Of a DNA stretch of 64,000 nucleotides, positions 28,908-37,947 are shown piece after piece (the stretch's first letter is position 1; every line of letters starts with the position of its first letter). The position numbers and the translations under genes are program-made. The notes below the pieces were generated by a model. The model had not been told where the DNA came from. It ran no database searches and saw only the letters and a program-made list of their open reading frames with translations. The stretch lies in contig JAZNDW010000012.1 of assembly GCA_045588245.1 (NCBI GenBank), forward strand, positions 31,403 through 95,402, given 5' to 3'. The stretch is from Eubacteriales bacterium (lineage in GTDB: Bacteria > Bacillota > Clostridia > Oscillospirales > CAG-272).

Positions 28908-30112
28908 AACGGAACTATTTTCTTTTGGATGCAGTCGGTCTTATCGGGGACGACCTGATTATTGATGCGAAAAATAACGCTCTGCCGAAGACGGAACGCA
29001 AAAGCTTTCTTCACTCGTGGGGTGCTATAGCAGCGTGCCTGCTTATGATCGCGGCTATCAATATCTTCTTTATTATAAGATACAATATTGATCTGCAGAC
29101 GCCGTCGGACGACAACCCTGCCGCAGAGGATTTTACCGATGCTTCGACTGCAAAATATGAGATATATGTGTATAACGAAGAGATAGAAGCAGAAGCGATG
29201 AACAACGAACCGCAGTATAAATTGCTTAATGAATTCTATCCGGATGCTTTTTCGTACGGAAATTTTGGCAGTATTCCGATGTTAGGATATTTTGTCAATG
29301 AAAAGATGCATTATCACAGTAATGTTGAGAATCATATTTTTGATTACGAAAAGGACTGCGATATTCCGCATTCAAAGATAGTTAATACCTTGAAATTTGC
29401 GGGTGAAACCTACGACGTTGAGTATAGGTGCGGTAAAACTTCGGGTTATGTTGACGAAGCGGACGCTACCGTTTACGATACGTACGCCGTGTACGACTAC
29501 GACGGCGAGGAATATGACATCGAGTTTTACGTCCGCCTTGACGGGGAAGTGATAGGTGCTGCGGCGGACTGTGAACAGACAATGACTACTTTCAGCGTCG
29601 GAGAGGGCAAAGAGATGGCTCAAAAGTATCTCTGCGACATTCTCGGTGATGAGGCAGACGATTACGAGCTTTACCGTTATTATGAGAACGGACTTTATCA
29701 CGGGATCCATTTTTGCAACAAAATTGACGGTGTCCTGACAAACGATGTGATTTATATAGAGCTGACGGGCGACGGTATGCTAAATAAATATACGTCCGAA
29801 GGCAGAGGACGTTTTCTGCAGTATGAAGACGCTATAAGTGCGGAAGAGGTCAACACACACGTAGCTTATCTGAAAGAGAAGCTCGATCACCTCGGAATCC
29901 CCACCTTGGAATCGGGAACTATAACCGAGCCTGCAATACTTGAATATAGCGGCGAGTTGTATATTTATCTTCGCTTAATTCCGGTTAAGGTCGAACAAGA
30001 CGGGGAATGTATAGGATACCTGCGGCAAAGAACGTGGTTCTTTATAAAGATTGAAAACCAGAGCCAACAAAAAAATCGCGGGGGCTTAAGCCTCCGCGGT
30101 TTTTTTATTTGA
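28904..30112 (+). CDS. putative anti-sigma / sigma-associated single-pass membrane protein
   Basis: 4-nt overlap with the sigma gene. Cytoplasmic N-terminus (LLDAVGLIGDDLIIDA), one TM (WGAIAACLLMIAAINIFFII), and a ~330-aa extracytoplasmic domain with no recognisable motif. The last ~15 codons run through the terminator hairpin. Confidence 0.5.
   Translation: MKRNYFLLDAVGLIGDDLIIDAKNNALPKTERKSFLHSWGAIAACLLMIAAINIFFIIRYNIDLQTPSDDNPAAEDFTDASTAKYEIYVYNEEIEAEAMNNEPQYKLLNEFYPDAFSYGNFGSIPMLGYFVNEKMHYHSNVENHIFDYEKDCDIPHSKIVNTLKFAGETYDVEYRCGKTSGYVDEADATVYDTYAVYDYDGEEYDIEFYVRLDGEVIGAAADCEQTMTTFSVGEGKEMAQKYLCDILGDEADDYELYRYYENGLYHGIHFCNKIDGVLTNDVIYIELTGDGMLNKYTSEGRGRFLQYEDAISAEEVNTHVAYLKEKLDHLGIPTLESGTITEPAILEYSGELYIYLRLIPVKVEQDGECIGYLRQRTWFFIKIENQSQQKNRGGLSLRGFFI
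30069..30106. terminator. bidirectional rho-independent terminator
   Basis: CGCGGGGGC-TTAA-GCCTCCGCG (9 bp, one G-U) flanked by an A-run and a T-run. Confidence 0.85.
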
Positions 30113-30341
30113 TTTCGACATTGACCTTTTTGCCGGCGGTGTTTGCCGCAGCTTTCATAACGGAACGGATCGCTTTTGCGATTCTTCCGTGGCGTCCGAT
30201 CACCATACCCATATCGGACTCGGCTACCGTGAGTGTAAGATTAACGGTATTGTCGTTCTCGTGTTCCGTTACCGAAACTTCATCGGGGTGGTCGACTATA
30301 GCTTTTGCAATATCAGATAAAACCTTATTAAGTTCGATCAT
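30105..30341 (-). CDS. ylqC: KH-domain RNA-binding protein (YlqC/UPF0109)
   Basis: 78 aa with VIGRHGRIAKAIRSV (GxxG KH motif). Conserved position after rpsP. Confidence 0.88.
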   Translation of the reverse strand: MIELNKVLSDIAKAIVDHPDEVSVTEHENDNTVNLTLTVAESDMGMVIGRHGRIAKAIRSVMKAAANTAGKKVNVEIK

Positions 30342-30414
30342 TATATTTGCACCTCGATTCGTCCCGGCATCCCGAGAGAATCAGTCCTTTCTTTAGAATT
30401 TGTGAAGAAAAGCC

Positions 30415-30660
30415 TCACTCGATGATACCGCTCTTCTTGAGAAGCGCCTTAACAGTGTCTGTCGGCTGTGCGCCGTTCTTGATCCACTTCTGTGCCTTTT
30501 CAGCGTCTACCTTGATCGTGGAAGGTTCTGTTCTGGGATTGTAAAAACCGATTTCCTCGATGAATCTACCGTCGCGGGGGAAGCGAGAATCCGCTACTAC
30601 GATACGGTATGTGGGCTGCTTCTTCGCGCCTGTGCGCTTAAGTCTCATTTTAACTGCCAT
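30415..30660 (-). CDS. rpsP: 30S ribosomal protein S16
   Basis: [42 protein letters not shown]. The ATG at 30660 is preceded by GGAGGAA. Confidence 0.96.
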   Translation of the reverse strand: MAVKMRLKRTGAKKQPTYRIVVADSRFPRDGRFIEEIGFYNPRTEPSTIKVDAEKAQKWIKNGAQPTDTVKALLKKSGIIE

Positions 30661-30714
30661 GATTTCCTCCAAAAAATGTAAATAAATATTTTTTAATTTA
30701 TATAAACCCCGGGC

Positions 30715-32067
30715 TTAGAAGCCGAAATGGAGTTTACCTTTTTTTCCTGCGCGGCGCATCATGCGCGACGCTTCTTTTCCTGTCATCTGCTTCATCATTT
30801 TCTTCATAGCTTCAAATTGCTTGAGCAGACGGTTGAGTTCTTCAACTTTGGTGCCGCTTCCGGCACAAATACGCTTTTTTCGGGAAGCGTTGATGATGTC
30901 GGGACGGCGGCGTTCGGCTTCCGTCATCGAAAGGATCATCGCCTCCGTGCGAGCCATCGCTTTTTCGTCGATCTTTGCATCCTTGAGCTGTGACGAACTG
31001 ACACCGGGGATCATACCGAGCAGCGAGTCAAGCGACCCCATGCCCTTGAGCTGATTGAGCTGTTCAAGATAATCCGAAAGGGTAAAGCTTGAATCGCGCA
31101 TCTTGCGCTCAAGCTCCGCCGCTTGCTTTTCATCAAACTGCTGCTGTGCTTTTTCGATCAGCGTTAGCATATCACCCATACCGAGGATACGCTGTGCCAT
31201 TCTGTCAGGATGGAAAGGCTCGATAAGATCGATCTTTTCGCCCGTACCGATGAATTTGATCGGCTTGCCCGTTATGTGGCGGACGGAGAGGGCGGCGCCA
31301 CCGCGCGTGTCACCGTCGAGCTTCGTTAAAATAACGCCCGTGATGTCAAGAAGGTCATTGAAGGATTTCGCAACATTGACGGCGTCCTGACCTGTCATTG
31401 AGTCAACAACGAGAAGTATTTCAGTCGGATTTGCGATCTCTTTGATCTGTCGGAGCTCTTCCATGAGCTCTTCGTCGATGTGAAGTCGACCGGCTGTGTC
31501 AAGGAAGACCATATCGTTTCCGTGACGCTGTGCCTCGGCAATAGCCTGTCTTGCGATCTCTACGGGAGATACATCGGAGCCGAGCGTGAAAACGGGAACG
31601 TCTATCTGCTCACCGAGCACCTGCAGTTGCTTGATAGCGGCAGGACGGTAAACGTCGCAGGCGGCAAGCAGAGGACGCTTGCTTTCGCGGTTCTTATACA
31701 TAGCCGCAAGCTTTGCGCAGTGCGTCGTTTTACCTGCGCCCTGTAAACCGCACACCATGATGACTGTCGGCGGCTTTGAGGCTATATTTAGCTTTGAAAC
31801 GGAGCCACCCATAATAGCGGTGAGTTCTTCGTTTACTATTTTTATGATCTGCTGAGCGGGGAGGAGCGATTCAAGCACCTCGGAGCCGACGGCACGTTCC
31901 GAAACAGACGCGATAAAATCCTTAACAACACGGTAGTTAACGTCAGCTTCGAGCAGAGCGAGCTTGACCTCGCGCATGCCGTCTTTTACGTCGGCAGCTG
32001 TGAGCTTGCCCTTATTTTTGAATTTGGAAAGGGCACGTGTAAGCTTATCGGAAAGGTTTGAAAACAT
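30715..32067 (-). CDS. ffh: signal recognition particle protein Ffh
   Basis: N-domain, G-domain (GLQGAGKTT, DTAGR, TKLDGD) and a Met-rich M-domain. Confidence 0.96.
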   Translation of the reverse strand: MFSNLSDKLTRALSKFKNKGKLTAADVKDGMREVKLALLEADVNYRVVKDFIASVSERAVGSEVLESLLPAQQIIKIVNEELTAIMGGSVSKLNIASKPPTVIMVCGLQGAGKTTHCAKLAAMYKNRESKRPLLAACDVYRPAAIKQLQVLGEQIDVPVFTLGSDVSPVEIARQAIAEAQRHGNDMVFLDTAGRLHIDEELMEELRQIKEIANPTEILLVVDSMTGQDAVNVAKSFNDLLDITGVILTKLDGDTRGGAALSVRHITGKPIKFIGTGEKIDLIEPFHPDRMAQRILGMGDMLTLIEKAQQQFDEKQAAELERKMRDSSFTLSDYLEQLNQLKGMGSLDSLLGMIPGVSSSQLKDAKIDEKAMARTEAMILSMTEAERRRPDIINASRKKRICAGSGTKVEELNRLLKQFEAMKKMMKQMTGKEASRMMRRAGKKGKLHFGF

Positions 32068-32095
32068 CTACTGTATCCTATCGTCGTCAAGCGGA

Positions 32096-32452
32096 TCAAC
32101 TGTCCGCTATCATTTTGATTTTCTCGATCTGAGAAATAAGCTTCGATTTGGCGTTATCGTCACATAACGTGTCACAAACGCTTGTGATCTCGGCAACTAT
32201 CGAATCAACGAGCTTTTTTGTTTCGCTGTGTGACTTAGCGACGCCGAGAACCGTTTCAAGTTCGGTAAGCTGCGCTTCGCCTCGCTTGATGGCGTCGCGG
32301 ACACCCTGACGGGAAATGCCCATTTCGTCGGCGATCTCCGATAAAGACAAGTCATCGTTATAATAATAGTTCATCGCTTCGCGCTGACGCGGCTGCAGAA
32401 TCGCGCCGTAATAATCGAGCAAATTGCCGTAATTGAGGTCTTTTTCGAACAT
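32096..32452 (-). CDS. ylxM: YlxM/p13-like putative DNA-binding protein (UPF0122)
   Basis: LLDYYGAILQPRQREAMNYYYNDDLSLSEIADEMGISRQGVRDAIKRG. Located upstream of ffh. Confidence 0.88.
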   Translation of the reverse strand: MFEKDLNYGNLLDYYGAILQPRQREAMNYYYNDDLSLSEIADEMGISRQGVRDAIKRGEAQLTELETVLGVAKSHSETKKLVDSIVAEITSVCDTLCDDNAKSKLISQIEKIKMIADS

Positions 32453-32567
32453 TTCGCACCTCATTTATAGGTGTAAAGTAAAACGCTTTACATAGTATAA
32501 CAGCACCGTATTCTTTTGTCAATAGAAATTTCAAAAAATCTTTTGGATTTTTATAGTTTACAATTTG

Positions 32568-32596
32568 TTGACAATTAATTGTATAACCATTATAAT
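32568..32596 (+). promoter_or_regulatory. consensus sigma-A promoter for the GltS-like symporter gene
   Basis: TTGACA-17 nt-TATAAT. A 12-bp perfect palindrome, ACAATTAATTGT, overlaps the -35 element. Confidence 0.7.
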
Positions 32597-32654
32597 AATT
32601 AGTATGTAAATTACGTAAAACCAAAGAAAAATCAAAAGTTAACGGAGAGTAATT

Positions 32655-34073
32655 ATGACAAGCGGAAGCAATTTCTGGGATTATGAAATATGGAGCTTAA
32701 TCGTTACGCTGACGGTTTTGCTCGGCGGTATGCTCGTTGCGAACATACTTCGCCGAAAGGTAAGCTTTATAAGAAAATCGCTCATTCCGAGCTCGGTACT
32801 CGGCGGATTTATCGTCCTGCTCGTAAGCTTTATTTACACACAGATTACAAGCAAACCCTTGATCGAAACGTCAATGCTTGAAGCACTTACATATCACGGT
32901 CTCGGTCTCGGATTCGTTGCTGTCACATTGGTTGAAACAGAAAAAGACCGCGACAACGGACGTCAGCGCGATGTCTTCAACACGGGACTGACAACGGTTG
33001 CTTCGTACCTCATTCAAGCTGTCAGCGGTTTATTTATCACGATAGTTCTTTTTTATTTGATCGGAAGCTTTTTTGCTTCGGGAATCATTTTGCCTCTCGG
33101 CTACGGTCAAGGACCCGGCCAGGCATTTAACTGGGGCAGTAACTACGAAAAGCTCTACGGATTTGAAAACGGAACGAGCTTCGGGCTCACCGTTGCCGCG
33201 ATGGGCTTCGTTTCCGCGTCGATCGGCGGAATCACATATCTTAATATTATGAGAAAAAAAGGCAAGATCAAAGTTGCGGCTGACTCGGAAACGGCTGATA
33301 CAAACGAAGAGATCAACGGAACGAATGAGATCCCGTCGAGCGAATCAATGGATAAGCTCACCGTTCAGATCGGTCTTGTTTTTGTTGCGTACGTACTTGC
33401 ATACGGTATAATGATGCTTTTTAACGTGATCATCGACACAGGTGTTCTCGGCAATTTCGGCGTAAATACGCTTCAGCCGCTTGTTTGGGGTTTCAACTTC
33501 CTCTTTGCCGTCGTTACGGCGATACTCGTCAAAACTGTTCTTAAAATGCTGAAAAAGACGGGCGTTATGAAGCGCGACTACACAAACAATTTCCTTCAGA
33601 CGCGCCTTTCGGGATTCTTCTTCGACATTATGGTCGTTGCCTCTATCGCGGCAATCGACCTGTCCGCGTTCACTCACACGGAATTTATCGTTCCACTTAT
33701 CGCTATTTGTATTGCCGGTGCTGTTTTTACATATCTGTTCGTCAATCGTGTGTCAAAAGATCTGTTCCCCTCATACCAAAACGAATTCTGGCTTTCAATG
33801 TACGGAATGGTCACGGGCACGGCGTCAACGGGTATTATTCTTCTTCGTGAGGTTGACAGCGAATTCAAAACGCCTGCAGCAACGAATCTCGTGTATCAGA
33901 ATCTTTATGCGATCATCTTCGGTTTCCCGATAATGCTCGTGCTTGCACTCGCTCCGCAGAGCATAGGCAAAGCTTGGCTTACATTGGCATTACTTGCGGT
34001 TTTCCTTGTTGTGATTCTCGTGATTCTTTACCGTTCACGCATTTTCAGAAAAAAGAAAGCAAAAAAAGAATAA
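32655..34073 (+). CDS. GltS-superfamily (sodium/glutamate symporter-like) transporter
   Basis: About 12 TM segments. Similar to GltS at the N-terminus (RKSLIPSSVLGGFIVLLVSF) and in the re-entrant-loop-like segments GYGQGPGQAFNWG and MVTGTASTGIILLREVD. Substrate is not inferable. Confidence 0.6.
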   Translation: MTSGSNFWDYEIWSLIVTLTVLLGGMLVANILRRKVSFIRKSLIPSSVLGGFIVLLVSFIYTQITSKPLIETSMLEALTYHGLGLGFVAVTLVETEKDRDNGRQRDVFNTGLTTVASYLIQAVSGLFITIVLFYLIGSFFASGIILPLGYGQGPGQAFNWGSNYEKLYGFENGTSFGLTVAAMGFVSASIGGITYLNIMRKKGKIKVAADSETADTNEEINGTNEIPSSESMDKLTVQIGLVFVAYVLAYGIMMLFNVIIDTGVLGNFGVNTLQPLVWGFNFLFAVVTAILVKTVLKMLKKTGVMKRDYTNNFLQTRLSGFFFDIMVVASIAAIDLSAFTHTEFIVPLIAICIAGAVFTYLFVNRVSKDLFPSYQNEFWLSMYGMVTGTASTGIILLREVDSEFKTPAATNLVYQNLYAIIFGFPIMLVLALAPQSIGKAWLTLALLAVFLVVILVILYRSRIFRKKKAKKE

Positions 34074-34076
34074 ACT

Positions 34077-34106
34077 CAAAAACGGACGCTCGTGCGTCCG
34101 TTTTTA
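34077..34106. terminator. bidirectional rho-independent terminator
   Basis: ACGGACGC-tcgt-GCGTCCGT flanked by an A-run and a T-run. Confidence 0.85.
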
Positions 34107-34107
34107 T

Positions 34108-34734
34108 TTACCGTTCGATAATGTTAAGATTTGTGGGAAGTATGCCTGCCTGCTCGTAAACGATCTCGGTTATCTGTGCTACCTCGCTCGGAAGCAAGCC
34201 GTCACTGCGAACGATGATGCTTGCAAGCTCGCCGTTGATAACGGCAACGCATTCCTCAATGCCTTTTGCCTTGATCAGCTCTTCAATATTTGATTCAATT
34301 TCGATTGCGACGGCGATGGCGGCGATGTCGGCTTCGGCTTTAACGCGAACCTCTTCAAGCGCAGTTTCGCTTGAGGCAACGGTGTTGAGCACTTCGATCG
34401 CTTCGTCGCGTGCGCGGTCACGGTTGAGGACCGCAGCGTCAAAGTAATCGTCTTTGCTTGCCGCATTGTCGGAATTCCCGTCGTTTTCGTTAGCGGGGGC
34501 GTCAGCTTCAACGTCTTCGTTTTCAAGCAGAGCAGAGTAGTACGAAGAATCGATCTTGTAGCCATCTTCGCCCGTTTTGCCGCCGCCTGCCACGATAAAG
34601 TTGAGTCCGATAGCTACGGCGCAAACGAATACGGCGCAAATAATGATCATGTTTTTGGCGCCTACACGTTTGCAAAATTCAATGGATTTTTCTTTTATAG
34701 CTGCGAATTTTTCCTTCAGCTGTTCTTTGTTCAT
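34108..34734 (-). CDS. spoIIIAH: stage III sporulation protein AH
   Basis: Last gene of the spoIIIA operon. N-terminal TM, acidic linker and a C-terminal YscJ/FliF-like domain. SD GGAGGT upstream. Confidence 0.8.
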   Translation of the reverse strand: MNKEQLKEKFAAIKEKSIEFCKRVGAKNMIIICAVFVCAVAIGLNFIVAGGGKTGEDGYKIDSSYYSALLENEDVEADAPANENDGNSDNAASKDDYFDAAVLNRDRARDEAIEVLNTVASSETALEEVRVKAEADIAAIAVAIEIESNIEELIKAKGIEECVAVINGELASIIVRSDGLLPSEVAQITEIVYEQAGILPTNLNIIER

Positions 34735-34792
34735 GGATATGTACCTCCGTATGGCTTTATGTTTTAATATATGATGCGTTCGACCGAACTAT

Positions 34793-35287
34793 TCATCTGC
34801 CCGTGCCGGCAACGGAAATTTTTGACGACGGAATATCAAACGCGCACGATAACAGCTCCGACACGGTCCGCTGTATGCCCGCGTCGTCACCGCCGCCGCA
34901 TACGACGGCAATTCCGCGAACGGCGGCGTATATCTCACGCACGAGTACGGGCTCCTCGCCGTCACCGTTATTGATGACAAGATAGTCAACGACGCTGCCC
35001 GACTTGTTTTCCGCGTATACGAACTCGCTCCCTCCGTCAAGCGTTAAGAGTACCGTTACGTCAGATACTCCGTCCACCTGCGAGATAATGTGTTTCACTC
35101 GGGCTTCAAGCTCCTCGGTGTAAGCCGCCATGTCGGCGGCTTCGTACATATCGTCCGTTTGGGCTTCGCTGTCGGGAGCGTCAACTCCGCTCCATATCAA
35201 TAAAACGATGCCGAATAAGCACAAAAGTACAGGCAGTGCGTTTTTCTTACAAAAAGCAAAGATTTTCGTTTTTGCATTTTCATTCAT
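34793..35287 (-). CDS. spoIIIAG: stage III sporulation protein AG
   Basis: N-terminal TM plus a conserved C-terminal domain (VTVLLTLDGGSEFVYAEN...IRGIAVVCGGGDD). I chose the ATG at 35287 (MNENAKTK), which overlaps the spoIIIAF stop by 8 nt. Confidence 0.8.
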   Translation of the reverse strand: MNENAKTKIFAFCKKNALPVLLCLFGIVLLIWSGVDAPDSEAQTDDMYEAADMAAYTEELEARVKHIISQVDGVSDVTVLLTLDGGSEFVYAENKSGSVVDYLVINNGDGEEPVLVREIYAAVRGIAVVCGGGDDAGIQRTVSELLSCAFDIPSSKISVAGTGR

Positions 35288-35759
35288 AGCATACCTCAAC
35301 ATAACATTTGTAAATATCGGAAAAGTAGTCGCAGATAGCTTCGCCGTCTGCCCAAGCGCCGTAGCTTTTCAAGGTGATCGTGATCGTGTCAACGGTGATG
35401 TCGGAATAGTCGATAGCATTCATGGCCACCGAAACGGAAATATCATCGGGGTGGATTTTGAAAATTTTGGCTGTATCCGTTTTGACGTTTTCGGCCATGA
35501 CCTCTGCCGTTTTTTCTATAACGGTGTCGCGGTAATCGTCACCCGTCACGTCGGTGATGTACGAATCGGGATCAAAGCTTTCCCAAAAGTCAGCGCCACC
35601 TTCAAAAGACGAGCCGAGCGGTGACACGATCACAAGAAGCATAACGAGCGACGCTATGTGCTGCACGTATTTTCCCGTTCTGTCATCACGAGTACAGAGA
35701 AGTGATACGAGTGACACGACGACAGCCGCCGTCATCACAGAGGCAAAATACGCATTCAT
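35280..35759 (-). CDS. spoIIIAF: stage III sporulation protein AF
   Basis: Two N-terminal TM segments, and operon position. The ATG at 35759 forms an ATGA overlap with the spoIIIAE stop; the track ORF extends further upstream. Confidence 0.75.
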   Translation of the reverse strand: MNAYFASVMTAAVVVSLVSLLCTRDDRTGKYVQHIASLVMLLVIVSPLGSSFEGGADFWESFDPDSYITDVTGDDYRDTVIEKTAEVMAENVKTDTAKIFKIHPDDISVSVAMNAIDYSDITVDTITITLKSYGAWADGEAICDYFSDIYKCYVEVCYE

Positions 35760-36865
35760 ACGAGCACGGCGGGCGCTGTTTTGATAAACAGAGCCGTTCC
35801 TATTATAAATACTACCGTAATAACGGAAACAACGGCGCAAAGCAGTCCCATACATTCGCGGAAAGAGGAAAGAAGTGAAGCTTCACGGTCACATCCGAGC
35901 AAGCTCGCCGCAAAAGCGGCAGCACCGTACAGAAAGCCCGAGAAAGACAGTTTTATTAACAGCGGCAGCGAAAGTGCGATCATAACGACGATACCGAGCG
36001 TTCCCGAACTGCTTTTGATTATTGTCAGACCCGAATAAACCGTCCTGACAGTGTCGCTTAAGATTCCTCCGACGACAGGCACTGAGCTTGAAACGGCGAA
36101 TTTTACACTTCTCGCCGCAACGGAATCGGCGGCGCTTGCAAGATACGTTTGGTATGAAAGCACGGTTACGTATATGATAGCCGCGGCTGTAAGCACGGTC
36201 GTAAACGTGCGGCGCAGAAAGCCTGCGATCTGCCTTGTTCCGCCGTCTGTCGGCAGGGAAACGGATATGACCGAAAAAGAAAGGGCGGCTTTATAGATCG
36301 GAATGCAGATATGCGTTGACAAAAATTCAACTGCGGACGAAAAAAGCAAAAATCCCGACGCTGTTACGCCCGCCGTGACAGTATTCGCCGTTGCCGTATG
36401 CATCGTGAAAAGAATCGGTGTCATCGCACCGACAAAGGCAGAGATTGCATAGGAGAATGCCACGATCTCTTCACAGCGCGCCAATTCACGCGCGAGGACA
36501 GCGCACGCGATAGTCAGCGTGCCGATCAGCGAAACGGCATCACGCGCTTTGCCGTCGAGGGTGTCCTTGAAATGAAGCGACGCGGCTGACGAGATCAGAA
36601 TAACACTCAAAATCATGCCGAATGAGCCTGCGGCGGATGATACGGCATCGTCAAACGTGTTTTTGACGAGCGACATCATATAGTCAAAGCCGAACGTATC
36701 CGTGTCGATCACGTCACTTGACGGATCGATTTGCAGAGCATCTTTTATTCCGTCGGGAACGATGTCGTAAATCGACTGCATTTCAAGATCTGTGGCATCG
36801 GCTTTTACCGAAGTGAAGAGCATTAATATAAGCGCGGATGTGCAAATAAACACGAGCTTTTTCAT
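35756..36865 (-). CDS. spoIIIAE: stage III sporulation protein AE
   Basis: Signal peptide plus a polytopic membrane protein of typical size (369 aa). Operon position. Confidence 0.85.
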   Translation of the reverse strand: MKKLVFICTSALILMLFTSVKADATDLEMQSIYDIVPDGIKDALQIDPSSDVIDTDTFGFDYMMSLVKNTFDDAVSSAAGSFGMILSVILISSAASLHFKDTLDGKARDAVSLIGTLTIACAVLARELARCEEIVAFSYAISAFVGAMTPILFTMHTATANTVTAGVTASGFLLFSSAVEFLSTHICIPIYKAALSFSVISVSLPTDGGTRQIAGFLRRTFTTVLTAAAIIYVTVLSYQTYLASAADSVAARSVKFAVSSSVPVVGGILSDTVRTVYSGLTIIKSSSGTLGIVVMIALSLPLLIKLSFSGFLYGAAAFAASLLGCDREASLLSSFRECMGLLCAVVSVITVVFIIGTALFIKTAPAVLV

Positions 36866-36878
36866 AAAACGTCACCAT

Positions 36879-37253
36879 TCAGAAAAGAGAAAGAGAAAGC
36901 GACAAAAGCTCAAACAAAAACGCCGCCGCAATAACGGTCAGCTCGGCTCGTCCCGCAACGGAAATGCCAACGGCGGCGTTGTCCGCACCGCAAGTGCGGC
37001 ATATATCCGAGGTAAGCTCTGTTATATAAGCTATGCCGAGGGCGCGCATGAGAGTTATTACGTATGGGGAAAGCTGCGAAGACGAAAACTTACCGTACAG
37101 CTCGTCGATAACGGGTGTGACGGATGATGCCGCATATATCAAAAGTATAACAGCGGCACCTGCAGAGATCAGCTTTGATATAGTAGAGTTAACACCGTGT
37201 AGTATAACTGTCGCCGCTGCCGCTAAAAGTGATAATCCGCAAAGCTTTATCAT
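36879..37253 (-). CDS. spoIIIAD: stage III sporulation protein AD
   Basis: 124-aa, 4-TM protein (ALGIAYITELTSDICRTCG). Confidence 0.85.
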   Translation of the reverse strand: MIKLCGLSLLAAAATVILHGVNSTISKLISAGAAVILLIYAASSVTPVIDELYGKFSSSQLSPYVITLMRALGIAYITELTSDICRTCGADNAAVGISVAGRAELTVIAAAFLFELLSLSLSLF

Positions 37254-37444
37254 AGCCCGAAGACCTTTTGTATCGACGAAAAAAGCTCGGAAAGCTTATC
37301 CGTCAGCATTAAAATCACGATGATAATTCCCGCGACGGAAACGAGCGTTGCCTGCTCGTCGCGTCCCGATTTTGTGAGTATCTGGCATACAACGGCAACG
37401 ATGAAGCCGATGCCCGCTATTTTTAACAATAATGACGTATCCAT
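37250..37444 (-). CDS. spoIIIAC: stage III sporulation protein AC
   Basis: 64 aa: LLKIAGIGFIVAVVCQILTKSGRDEQATLVSVAGIIIV. Confidence 0.88.
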   Translation of the reverse strand: MDTSLLLKIAGIGFIVAVVCQILTKSGRDEQATLVSVAGIIIVILMLTDKLSELFSSIQKVFGL

Positions 37445-37458
37445 TTTTATCTCTTTTT

Positions 37459-37947
37459 CTAAATAAGAATCAATATGATAGACGCAGCGACGAATGCCCC
37501 CGTCGCAAACGACGTTTTTGTCTTTGCTTTTAGTGAGCTTTGAAGATGCAAATAATGCTCACGCAGGCGTGACAGCGTCAGCTCGCATAGCTCAAGCTGA
37601 GAATCGGTATAACCGTGACCGAGTGCGGAAGCAAAATCAAGAAATATCTTGTGAGTTACTGAGTCAAACGGAGTCGAAAGACGCTGCAGCTCGTCTGCGA
37701 GTGAGGTCACAGCGGCTCGGCTGTAAAAATCGGACAGGAGAGGGACGTTTGTAACGTAAGCTGACACGATCTCGGATACGGGTGCTCTGCGGTATGAGAT
37801 CGAGTCGGACGCAAATTTAACGAATCGGATAGCATCTTCGCACGCTGTGAGCGTTGACATGCTTTCCGAGCGGCATCGTTCTCCGATCAATACGGACGAT
37901 AGAGCGACTAAAGCCGCACCGACGAGTTTTAACGCAAATGTGTTCAT
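37459..37947 (-). CDS. spoIIIAB: stage III sporulation protein AB
   Basis: 162 aa with N- and C-terminal TM segments. Operon position. Confidence 0.8.
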   Translation of the reverse strand: MNTFALKLVGAALVALSSVLIGERCRSESMSTLTACEDAIRFVKFASDSISYRRAPVSEIVSAYVTNVPLLSDFYSRAAVTSLADELQRLSTPFDSVTHKIFLDFASALGHGYTDSQLELCELTLSRLREHYLHLQSSLKAKTKTSFATGAFVAASIILILI

